NCBI GenBank assembly: GCA_951406725.2
Contig: OX597818.1
Coordinates: forward strand, 4,216,001-4,280,000
Reading direction: 5' to 3'
Length of the DNA: 64,000 nt
DNA from: Octopus vulgaris
Lineage: Eukaryota
Each line of letters begins with the position of its first letter. Position 1 is the stretch's first letter. A program made the position numbers and the translations under genes. The notes under the pieces were generated by a model. The model worked only from the letters and a program-made list of their open reading frames with translations, searched no databases and was not told the origin of the DNA. Positions 25,211-36,919 of the stretch are shown here, in pieces.

Positions 25211-27414
25211 ACCATGACCGACGGTGTGAAAATCTTCTTTTTTCTCTACATTGTATACTTTATAGACAATAGTCTTTTCTTTAATTTAATTTTTTATTAT
25301 CCATCTGGACTATTCTATTTCTGCACTCCCGGACCCTAAGTAAGGCATGTGTAAAATTTGAATGAAATTGGTTGTGTAGTTCTCAAGTTTTAGGGAAACA
25401 CACAGACACACATTCTCAGTTTCATATATATATCTAAAGATAGTCTTTTCTTTAATTTAATTTTTTATTATTCATCTGGATTATTCTATTTCTGCACGCT
25501 AATTTTATTTTTAATTTATTCCCATTCATGTGAAACCACTTATTCAAGTTCAAGTCATTGATGCAATTTTATACCAATTGCTATTTTTTACTTTTGTTAT
25601 GTTACGATTATATTATATTTTGGTTTGATTTTAATTATTACTTACTACATATAATTCAATTGTTATTATTATTTTTATTGTTAAAGTGAAAGTATCTGAC
25701 ATAAAATAGAGAAATGTTTTTGTTTCACTTTTAACACGTAATACTGAAATAGTGGAGAAGATATAATATTGCTATGGGCTCGCTCTAGGCAAGAAGTTGG
25801 ACATTTTTTTTGCCCATGACACTCCCTGGACCCTAAGTAAGGCATGTATAAAATTTGAATGACATTGGTTGAGTAGTTCTCAAGTTTTAGGGAAACACAC
25901 AGACAGACAGACAGACAGACACACATTCTCAGTTTTATATATATATAAGTACACTATACACACGTACAGATATGGATACATCCCTACACACATGGATACA
26001 TCCCTCAGAGCACAAAGATTCACCCAACCAGACACATACAGAGATCACATCAACACTACCATCATGGAGCACATGCACACGCATACAGGTGCACCCACAG
26101 ACACTCTCACACAGGCACACTTACACCCTCACACAATGCTCACAGACCCACCCCCATACACACGTGCCCCTTCACACTCACACATATACATTAACATGTG
26201 CTGAGTGGAAGTCTCTGGTGTGTACCGATATGTACATGTGTATATCTGTGTATGAATGTGTGTGTGTATAATTGTGTTAGTGTATAAGTGTATTTGTCTG
26301 CAGACTGTGAGACTGTGGGTGTCAATGTACATTTGGATTTGTATGTCCTGTGGTGTGGGTGTGATGGGGCGCGTGAATGAGGTTTTGATACTGTGTTTAA
26401 CACATATTTTCTTAACCTTATATCTGACTTTATGTGTGTGTGTGTGTGTGTGTGTGCGCATGCGCATATGTTCCTTATGGATTTGAAAACTGAGTTGCTG
26501 ATTTTGGCGCATGAGGTATCAAAAGATTCAGTAATCTTTTGGCTACCAAATAAAGTTTTATGCACAACAACTCTTTTTTACTACAAAAATAACCTCAAAA
26601 ATGAGGTTGGGTTGCACAATTTTGAGGTCTTTAGTTAAGGGAGGCAACTCTACCTGAACAATCTATGTCTTAGATAGAGCATATGAGAAAATACTTAAAA
26701 TACAGGAGTTTTACCAGAGAATAAAACTTTGAAGATATACCATCAACTTTATTAGTATTATTTCGTAGATAATCTTTTAATGTGAAGTATGTTTGTCTGT
26801 CTTTTGTTTAGCCCAGAGTTGCCTCTGATGTAGCAGACCCGTCACATAGTTTTTTTTCTTTCTGAAATACTCTAAATCTGTGTCTTTCTTTCAATGAAAG
26901 GGTGTGTTTTAAGAGAGATTTGGCAGCTATTTGAAGTAGCTCAAGTTACCACAGACACACCTGTGTGTATGTTTTGTTGTGGTGAAAAAAATACTTTTTT
27001 TTAGAATATTTTGCACAAAGATTTTTTAAAGAAATCTTTCTTACTGCTAACCATTCAACTTCAAATTACAATTGTTAATTGTTGGAAGTCAAGGATATTG
27101 AGATGTACATATAGTGCGATTGTATAGAGTGAAAGTTTAATATAAAGTTTTGAACTCATTATCTTGTGGTTAGTATTACATCACCTTAAATTTGAAGCCA
27201 TTAAGTCCTTAAACATTATTTTACTGGGTTTAGTCTTTCGACTGTCGCCATGATGGGACGTCACCTTCAAAAATTTAATTGATCATATTGACCACAGTAC
27301 GTATTTCAATCTGGTATTTATTTTATAGATCTCTACTTGATGAACTGCTAACTTTGAGACATATGGGACACAATACTCAATTTAACAACAAATGTAAAAC
27401 ACACATATATTAGA

Positions 27415-27560
27415 TGCAAGAAGGACTGCAGTTAAGGAGATTGCTTCCCAACCACATGGCTCCATATTCAGTCCCTCTGCATGGTACCTTGGGCAAGTGT
27501 TTTCTACTATAGCCCTAGACCAATCACAGACTTGTGACTAAATCTTATAGATGGAAACTG
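27415..27560 (+). mobile_element. Partial SINE of the same family as 29283-29680
   Basis: caaccacatgg...cagtccc.ctgcatgg.accttgggcaagtgt...gatggaaactg. Confidence 0.65.
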
Positions 27561-27689
27561 CAGCATTGTTCATCAGAAAATGTCCAAAAAACATGTTTAT
27601 AAAGAAGAGTTGTTTGTTTCATACTCCTTGTGTGCCAATTCTGTCCATAAGAAAGGAACAAATAATACAATGTGGCTGTAGATCATAAC

Positions 27690-27717
27690 ACCCGGGCAAT
27701 GCTAGGGTGCACTGCTA

Positions 27718-27718
<1 letters not shown>
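27690..27718 (+). mobile_element. Helitron-type 3' terminus (5' end not located)
   Basis: cccgggcaatgctaggg...tgCTAG followed by T. Similar to the ends at 29847, 36500 and 53387. Confidence 0.6.
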
Positions 27719-27762
<44 letters not shown>

Positions 27763-27765
<3 letters not shown>

Positions 27766-29012
27766 GGGTTGGACAAAATAATGGAAACACCTAGCATTAT
27801 AACGTTGAAATATCTATAAAACCATCAAAAGCTTGTTTATTTTCATGGTTTTTATTTATTTATTTATTATTAGTGTTGCTTAATATGTTTTGCTAAAATT
27901 GCTGTTTCTTTTCAGATATCATCAGAAAAAGTAATTAAAATTCATTAAAATGACAGATCTATTGGACTTTCAAAGAGGTCAAATTGATGGTGTTCATATG
28001 GCAGGCACTAGCATAACAAAAACAGCCAAAATGTTTGGTGTATCAAGAAGTACTGTCTCAAAAGTAATGTCAGCCTTTGAGAAAGTGGGAAAAACTGCCT
28101 TGTCGAAACAAAATTCCAGAAGAAAACCAAAACTTTCAGACAGGGACTGTCGGACTCTTATGCAAATTGTTAGATAGGATCGCTAAAGTACAGCTCAAAT
28201 AATACTGTAGAGCTTAATGACCACCTCGAGAACCCAGTTTCCATGAAAACTGTTTGCAGAGAGCTGCACTAAACCGGATTTCACGGGAGAGCTGTAATCA
28301 GAAAACTACTACTTTCAAAAACAAACATTGCTAGGCATTTAGAGTGGAATAAAAGCCCACAGAATTGGTCCCTAGAGCAGTGGAAGAATGATATTTTCTC
28401 AGACAACCCGTCCTTTACCTTATTTCCAACCACCAGCCAAGTATACATGTGGAGACAGCCAAAAGAAGCATTTGACACAAACTGCCTTCTTCTAACTGTT
28501 AAACATGGAGGAGGATCTGTGATGATCGGGGGGGGGGGGGGGGCTATATCTTGGAAATCCAACAGAATTAATAGTCAAGACTATTTAAGCATTTTATCAA
28601 ATCCATCCTATGGTTGTGGAACTGTTTCCAAAGGGACATGCAATCTTTCAGGATGATAATGCGCCAATTCACACAGCTAAAGTTGTTACTGAATGGTACG
28701 AGGAACATTCTAGTGAAGTTGAACATCTTGTCTGGCCACCACAGTCCCCAGATCTCAATATTATTGAACATTTATGGTGCATTTTAGAAAAACAAGTAAG
28801 GGGTCGATATCCTTCACTATCATCATTACAAGAATTGGAAACTATTTTAGCTGAAGAATGGACAAAAATTCCTTTGAAAACAATTCAAACTTTGTACGAG
28901 TCCATACCTCATAGAATTCAAGCTGTAATTACTGCCAAAGGTAGTCCTACTCCATATTAAAATAAATTTGTTTGAAATTGTAAGGTGTTTCCTTTATTTT
29001 GTCCAACCCCTG
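27763..29012 (+). mobile_element. Tc1-like DNA transposon with DD36E spacing (Incomer-like), defective
   Basis: ~30-bp TIRs CAGGGGTTGGACAAAATAATGGAAACACCT with TA TSD, 1250 bp. Transposase pieces at 27950-28960: HTH N-terminus, TVKHGGGSVM, FQDDNAPIH and WPPQSPDLNIIE (36 residues between D and E). Confidence 0.92.
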
Positions 29013-29165
29013 TATATATGATTGTGTGTGTGTGTCTGTATTTTATATATACATACATATATATATATATATATATCATCATCATCATCATCATCATTTA
29101 ACATCCGCTTTCCATGCTGGCATGGGTTGGACAGTTTGACTGAGGAGTGGCATATCAGGAGGCTG

Positions 29166-29200
<35 letters not shown>

Positions 29201-29282
29201 CCAGTAATTATTAAAATATATAATGTAGAGCGACTCTACGTTATATATTTTAATAATTACTAGTATTTTTATATTTTTATGT

Positions 29283-29680
29283 AAGGAGTGGCTGTGTGCT
29301 AAGTAGCTTGTTTATCAACTACATGGTTCCGGGTTCAGTCCCACTGCATGGCACCTTGGGTAAGTGTCTTCTGCTATAGCCTCAGGCCAACCAAAGCCTT
29401 GTGAGTGGATTTGGTAGATGGAAACTGAAAGAAGCCCGTCGTATGTATGTATGTATATATATATATGCGTGTGTGTGTTTGTGTGTCTGTGTTTGTCCCC
29501 CTAGCATTGCTTGACAACCCATGCTGGTGTGTTTATGTCCCCGTTACTTAGCGGTTCAGCAAAAGAGACCGATAGAATAAGTACTGGGCTTACAAAAGAA
29601 TAAGTCCCGGGGTAGAGTTGCTCGATTAAAGGCGGTGCTCCAGCATGGCCACAGTCAAATGACTGAAACAAGTAAAAGAG
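29283..29680 (+). mobile_element. tRNA-derived SINE with a CR1-like LINE-derived 3' tail
   Basis: A box tggctgtgtgct and B box ggttcagtccc, an internal microsatellite, and a tail ggcggtgctccagcatggccacagtcaaatgactgaaac matching the LINE 3' ends. Confidence 0.85.
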
Positions 29681-29846
29681 AGAAAGAGAGAGATATATGT
29701 AAAGCATAAGTTATACATGTATGTATATTGTTATAATGGTTTGTTTTTTTTAAATAAATAAATAGACATAATATAATGTCTAAAAGTTGATGAATACAAC
29801 CTCTTGATCCCCTCCATTTTCTTATTGCTAAATAATTATATATATA

Positions 29847-32800
29847 CTAGCAGAGATACCCGGCATTGCCCGGTTACATTCAATTGAAGAATTAGACTTT
29901 TCTGTTATATATATATGGATACACACACACACACATATATATATATATATGTATATTAATATAAATACATGAAAGTACATGAAGTTTGTTAAAAAAAAGG
30001 GGATCATGTATATACCTTCTGGCTGTTGAGATTATAACACCTCGTAAACAATGTTCCTTGTTTTTCCTTGTGGGGCATATACAAAAAGGTTTCTTTTGGT
30101 TCCTACTCTTGAGCAGCCAACATAAAGTTGCCCATGCGAGAAGCAGGGCTCTTCCAAGAGAAGACCAGCTACAGAGAGAGTTTGACTCTGAGATTTGTTA
30201 ATGGACATGGCAAAGCTGACACGAAAGGGGAATTGCAGTCTTCTGAATGTAAATGGAATTTCTGCTCCTGATGGAGTAAGAGGAATTCTTGGAATAAAGA
30301 CGTCATCACCTTTTCCACATCCAGAAAGAATGATCGCCTCGATAACGTGTGACATCATTTTCTTTATCACCAGTCATGTTCCATTGCAAAGTCTTGGTGG
30401 TTCCAGATTGCGGAGTAGCATTACAGGAGTTCCGACTTTAAGTGCTAATATGTGTGGAGGTAGTCCAGGAGGCTCCAGTTAATTGAGAAATTCAGGAGGA
30501 TAGTTCACAACTTCATTTATATCTGGAATTGTATCAACAGACTTGTAAGTGTGTATAGTGCCAGAAGAGAATGCATTAGCTGTTGATTAATTTTGCTAAC
30601 AGTGACGTTTTTTGGAGCTAATATTGCTCTTTCACACAGCCAATTGTGATTTTGGTAGTTTTGTGTGAAGTTGGGAAAGACTTTGTTTTTGATGTCATCT
30701 ACAGAATTAACAACAGAGGAAAATGACCACACTTCCATTTGTCCTGCAGCATCGAGAGGCATCTTGCCTTCACCAAGTGTCAAAATGTCCTGTGCAAACT
30801 TTGTGGACATTTTGTCGCCATGTAGCTGAGCTCTCATGTTAGTGGTGAGACTGAGAATTGTAACATGATGCCACAGGGTAGAGGACTTTAGGCATGATTG
30901 GACTTCATCTGCTCTAGTGCCTTTCAGAATGACAGGAAGAGTTTACTTGAAATCACCTGACAACAGAAGCGTTATACCTCCCATTGGAGCCTGACAGTCT
31001 CGGATGTCTTTCAGGGCTCTATCTAATGCTTCTAAAGCTCCCTTGTGAGTCATAGTGCACTCATCCCAGACAATTAGATGACACATTTTAAGTACTTGTC
31101 CCTGATCTGAACTTTTGTTGATGTTGCATGAAGGCATTTCGGATGCTGCTAAATTGAGAGGGAGTTTAAAAGTTGAGTGTGCTGTCCTGCCACCGGGTAA
31201 CAAAGTAGCTGCAATGCCAGAGAAGGCTACAGCTACTGCAATGTCCTGATGCTGCCTAACTTCTGCAAGGAGAAGCTTTGTAATAAATGTTTTTCCTGTC
31301 CGTCCAGGAGCACCGAGGAAGCAGATTCGTCCCTCGCGTTGGCGTACACTGTTAAGAATAGTTCTGTAGGCCTGCAGCTGGTCCGGAAGTAATTTAGGCT
31401 CATTTTCAACAATGTACTTTGAAAGCGCTTGAGTGTCGTAGGTTATTTCATGAATGACAGCAGTGGGAAGGCTATTTGATCCTGACCTGAATGCTTGTGG
31501 CAGGCCATACGTCGACAATTCATTTCCACCCAGTTTAGCAATTCTGTCTTCAATGTCAATGAGTGTTTTGTTATAGATTTCATTGCTGATACCCTCCATG
31601 TCAGGATAGAGCAGTTGAGCTTGGCGCTGAAAGTCTTCAGCCAGGTTGTCTCTATATTTGAGCCATAGAGTGGCTGGATCACACAGTTCACATGCCTGTA
31701 GTAATACTGCAAATAGTGCCCTGAGACTTTTAGGTGATTGTGATAAAGCAGCCTCTCCTAAAGTTGCATACCATTGTGCACCATCTTCTAACAGACCTTG
31801 TCGATAGCAGGTTTCTCTGTATGTTGTGCAGACATGTCCATGAACGGTTTTTAGGGCCGGGAAAGACGTTGGCCCTCTGACCTCATACAGTAGTAGACGC
31901 AGGTAGAAGCACTCTTGTTTAGTGGGATGTACTGTGTATACTCGCCCAAGGCAAGTGTGAAACTTAATGCCAAGGTATCCATGAACATTTTGACCTGCTT
32001 TCCGTGGGGCCCATTTTTTTCCATTCCAAGTGTAGTACGATGGAATCTGTGGATACAGCAAGGTTTGAGCAAATGGATCCACTTGACAAAGCTTGAAGAA
32101 TGCAGTGAGTGTGCTATCCCTTGGTTCCTCTGCCAACAGAGAAGCATTAGCATCAGTGAAGTACACTCTTTGACCATTTTCCAGGTGCACTGCAAACTGT
32201 TGAATGGCGGGGTGTCGTTGGTGAATTGGAAAGCCAAAGATGCGCTAGAAAGCCTCCTTGCTACATATGTACCGTCCCACCTGATAATGCATCACCTCAT
32301 CCTGGCAGTATTCTTGTTGAAGTCCAAACATTGCAGCGTCAGAACCCTTGTTTACATATTTGAAAACGTACTTGATGGATTTAACGGAGTTGCAAAACTC
32401 AACGTTGATGTGAGCATTGAAAGTCTTTGACAGGAGTGGGCAGTATGGAACAATCCATCTATTATCAATATCGTGCTGTCCGATAGTTGCTGTGAAACCT
32501 CCGTCTTCTGGTTTTCTGCGTCTGTATGATGATTACCCATCAGCACCTGTCTGAGTTTCTTGTAGGAACCTCCTTGGAAATCTTTTTGAACATATGCTGT
32601 CTTTCAAGCATAGTGAGTTTATGTTGAATCCACGCCCACATGGACCATGTACCATGTTTGCTTTAACTATTTCGTATAGTTCTTTGTCTAAAGCTGGATC
32701 AGGAAGCTCTGCAGAGATTATCTTGTTGATGTCATTGGAATTGATCTTCACTGAGAGCCAAAGCAGGATATGAGCATGTGGAAGGCCCCTTTTTTGCCAC

Positions 32801-35336
32801 TCGATTGTGTACATGTCACATTGTATGGGCCCAAAGACTTGCCCTTTTTGTATGAGCTCCATGAGAGAAATTAACTTCAGATGGAAAACTCGGACGAGGA
32901 GGTCATACCTGTCTTTAGGCTTTTGACTGAAGAAGAGTTCGGCCTGAATCTCCTTCCACTTGGGATTGCATGTGGAAGTTATGAATAGGTCAGGCCTGTT
33001 TTAATGGCGGACAAAGGTCATTGCATCCTGTGTTCTTTCATGCATGTATCGGGGACTTCCAGTGAATGTAGAAGGCAAGATGCAAAGTCTTCCTATGTTT
33101 GTTGGAGCAGCATCATTGTTGATGGCATCTCGGAGATGGATGTAGCTGTCAGATCGCAATTTTTTTTATGTAACCTGATGAAACACAATCTCTCTGAGAC
33201 TGGTGGAGGTGATTACAGCAGTTGTTTCAGGTCATAAATTTGTATGAGTAGAAGTCCATGCAGGATATTGGCTTGTTGAGATGTTCATTAAGATTTTGAG
33301 GATGTTGCTGTAGTAGACCGATGTGGTAGTATCCTCACCGTTAATAAACAGAAGTGAGTATTGGAGTGAATCGTATGATCTGTGTGTTTCACTAATTTGT
33401 TGGAGGGTGGTGTCACATCGCCTGAGAACAATGTCTCTAGGATTGTGCTGTTCACCGTGAAGGAGTACAGCTATTTCATTGCATGTGGGTGCATTGTAAC
33501 GGCCTGCATGTTCCCTAGATGGTCTTTTCGGGGCATCAATGATAACATTAAAATTTGATGAATCTTCTGTTTCCAAGGTATACTTGAAGCTGCGTATGTA
33601 CCTGTTTTTCTGGTGCAAAAGGTCTTGCAGTTGCATTATCAAGTGAAAGTTAGTACCTGTGGAAATGGAATTTCGTCGGGTGGCTTGTTCATGTAAATTA
33701 CCTACAAAGTACAGTTGAAGGAATTGAGGATCTTGATTTTCAGCAGGTTCAAGTGATCGTATCCTATGGTAAACCTGTCCCTGCACTTTGAAAGTTAGCA
33801 TAAACCCGCCTTCTTGAACAAGATTAGCGCCGAAAGATGTCATTTGGAATGCACAATTGTACTTCTGGATGTTATTCAGGAAATGTTTTGACTCTGTAGT
33901 TGATAAGGTAGCATGTGGTAAATATCTGTTACCATCATCCATTGTCCCATAGTGAGAAGTAAGTTTTATTTCCCTGTGTTGGGAATGAAATGAGAATGAG
34001 ATGTAAGAGGACAATGTTTTTGAGATTCCGGTTCGAATGTAAGGCAGGTTTGAAAGTGTTCCCAACAGTTATTAGCTGTAGTGGTAGAGTGTTTATGCCG
34101 AATATGTACGTATGCATGTATATATATATGTATGTATGCCTGTATATATGTACAAAATCCACTGAGAAGGCTTTTGTTGGTCTGAGGCTACAGCAGAAGA
34201 CACATACCAAGTCACCACACAGTGCAACTGAACCCAGGACCATGTGCATGGAATGTAGTTTGTTACCACACAGTCACACCTGCCCCTATGTATGTATGTG
34301 TGTGTGTGTGCATATGTGTGTATGGGTAGATATATTATGCATGTATATATGTGTGTATATATATGTGTACATATTACATGTACATCTATATATATACATC
34401 TACACATAAAATACTAAATACAAAGTTATATCTTGATATCGCTAGTGATAACAATACTCAAAATATATAACAGACTGGAATTGTAGGTTCATCTCTTGCA
34501 ATTTCAATCAATTGGATCTTGTCCTCCCTCTTGTATAGAAGTGTACGGCTGCAGTGAAATTCATTTTTGGACTTTCTTCTATCGAAGGCATTTTAACAAA
34601 AATACTTCCGTAAAGACGGTGAAAATATTGTCAATTTCCCCAAACAGGGACACAATTCAATTTTTAAACAATAACCAAAGCCCCTTCTCCGAAAGGGGGA
34701 GGGTTACGGATTACAATTATTTAACAAATGCAACACAACAACGTTTCCCTGATGAGGAACCAACAAACATGATTACAATAGTCAAACAGTAATAATAATA
34801 ACAACAAACCTTTTTAATTTATCCCCATTTATGTGAAACCACTTATTCAAGTTCAAGTCATTGATGCAATTTTATACGAATTGCTAATACACACACACAC
34901 ACACATAATAATGGTGAAAAATTGAAAATTAATTAGATTAATATGAATTGAAAACCAGTGGTGTAGCATATAAGACCATAGCGGATCTTCTTCTAGCAAA
35001 ATGGATGACCACTGTTAATGGTTCATTCCTGTTATGTAATACTTTCACTTTAATAGTTTCAGTATTAAAGTGAAAGTGTCTGCATTACAATACAGAGATG
35101 TTTTTGTTTCACTTTTACCACATAATACTAAAATAGTGGAGAAGATATGATATTGCTGTGGGGTCACCCCAGGGAAAAAGTTAAAAAGTTAAAAGTAAAA
35201 ATTTTTGCCGATGACACGCCCCAGACCTTAAGTAAGGCATGTGTAAAATCTGAATGAAATTGGTTGTGTAGTTCTCAAGTTTTAGGGAAACACACAGACA
35301 GACAGACACACATTCTCAGTTTTATATATATAGAGA
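29847..35336 (-). mobile_element. Formerly autonomous Helitron
   Basis: 5' TC at 35336 and 3' hairpin (ccgggcaatgccggg) plus CTAG at 29847, inserted between A and T. Contains the RepHel sequence. Confidence 0.9.
30032..34065 (-). pseudogene. Helitron Rep/PIF1 helicase, multiply frameshifted
   Basis: KYNCAFQMTSFG, FKVQGQVYH, EWQKRGLPHAHILLW (HUH), [50 protein letters not shown] and FSHGQLYVGCSRV. Confidence 0.95.
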
Positions 35337-35337
35337 T

Positions 35338-35830
35338 ATCTCTTATGATAAAAGGCAGATTTTCTCTGCCTCTGACATAGTTTGTTTTTAATACAATTGT
35401 ACGATATAGAATTTCTTCAATTGGAATTTACCTATGATTTTTCGAAGTACATTCGATTGGGTCATGGCATATCAATTTTTTTCAATTTGACCCCCAATTA
35501 AGCAAAAATTTGAGAAAACTAAATATTTTACGATTTGCCTCTCATATCAACTGCTTCACTCCTTCTATTACCACACTTTCTCCTACTTTCTCTTTGCAAG
35601 TGTACCTTAAACCACTACTCAAAAAAAATACACAGGAAACAGAAACAAATAAATACATAATGATTTACTCCTCACAGAATTTCTTCAATTGAAATTTACC
35701 TATGATTTTTCGAAGTACATTCCATTGGGTCATGGCATTGAAATTTCTTTCAATTTGACCCCCAATTAAGCAAAAATTTGAGAAAACTCAATATTTTACG
35801 ATTGGTTTTTAATTTACTTTCTGTCGCTAA
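35338..35830 (+). repeat. Probable non-autonomous Helitron 5' part with an internal ~130-bp direct duplication
   Basis: Begins TCTCTTATGATAAAAGGCAG. 35408-35540 is repeated at 35677-35805. Confidence 0.5.
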
Positions 35831-36101
35831 GTTTTTGTAGTATTAATTTGCGAGCATACTTCAGTTGTCAATTGTTGAAAGAAACAAATTGTAAGCTAAG
35901 AAGGTGTGTGTGTGTGTGCGTGTGAGTGTTTGTGTGTGTGTGTGCGTGTGTGTGCGTGAGTGTGTGTGTGTGTGTGTGTAGGAAGTGAAGGATAAAAATA
36001 TGGCAAGAAGTGGACAGATGTACGTATATACATACATACATCCATACATACATGTGTGTGTGTGTGTGTGTGTATGTATGTGTATTAATGTGTGTGTGTT
36101 A

Positions 36102-36500
36102 TCTCTCTCTATATAAAGCTGAAGTTGTCTGTGTGCGCTAGGTTTGGTAGCCTTCAACTAACACTATCTCCTCCGAGACCCTGTGGTGCAAGTTGACCAA
36201 AATTGAGAGTATGATAGAAGAAGGGTTGCTCTTCCTTCCGTACAAGATAAAATTCAAATCCGACCATGTTAACACCAAAAATTATTTACAACAAAAAGAG
36301 GCTTTTTTCTATGAAAATCCATATTTTTTTACGATTTTTTCACTGCTGTGTCGCCACTTTTCGGTGTATTTCAACCAGAAAAATGTTCACGTGAAGAGAA
36401 TAACAAGCTACATAATGCAAAATTTTTACTTTTCAAAAATTCCAATTCCAGTGGATTTTGTACAAACCCCAGCAACGTCAGGGCAGCGTGATACTGCTAG
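36102..36500 (+). mobile_element. Non-autonomous Helitron (~400 bp)
   Basis: A|TCTCTCTCTATATAAA 5' end. 3' end ccccagcaacgtcaggg...tactgCTAG|T. Confidence 0.8.
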
Positions 36501-36919
36501 TATATATATAATTGCTATATGAATGTATAGTGAACTCAAAAATCATTCTTTGGAAAACATCTAGAATTTCAATTAAATAAAGGTGACTACATCCATACAA
36601 GTACTTTTTAATGAATACAAAAGAACAAGACCTGAAACTGCAATTATAAATTTTACTGAAGAAGCTCAAAAACAACATCTGGTTTTTCAATTAAAACCTT
36701 GACCAATTCAAATATAAAAATTCTTTTCCCTTCCCCACTTTACAAGGCAACTAAGTACTAGACAAACAAGTCTGACCATACCAATACAAAAGTCACACCT
36801 CTTTGCCTCCCACTTCTTCTTAATAAAGGTTTTTCTTTTTTCTTCTCCCTTGCTTTGCAAACCCCACAAAATTTTTTACATCTAAAAAGGCCAAGAAAGG
36901 AACAGAAACTTTCTTGGAA

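Larger units (their letters stand above)
16574..25947 (-). mobile_element. Non-autonomous Helitron with a tandemly duplicated 3' part, interrupted by two nested LINE-type elements
   Basis: Hairpin plus CTAG ends at 16574 and 17096 (~520-bp tandem). 16630-16810, 25500-25585 and 25680-25947 match 34360-34545, 34810-34885 and 35065-35336 of the autonomous Helitron. Confidence 0.75.

Noticed and set aside
25869-26638. His/Thr-rich and Cys/Val-rich ORFs
   Set aside because: Translations of degenerate (CA)n/(TG)n sequence.
34745-34770. Isolated CTGATGA motifs at ~34750, 17635 and 53094 as hammerheads
   Set aside because: They lack a stem II followed by GAAA, stem III and NUH. Two of them lie in an ordinary LINE 3' UTR or Helitron sequence.
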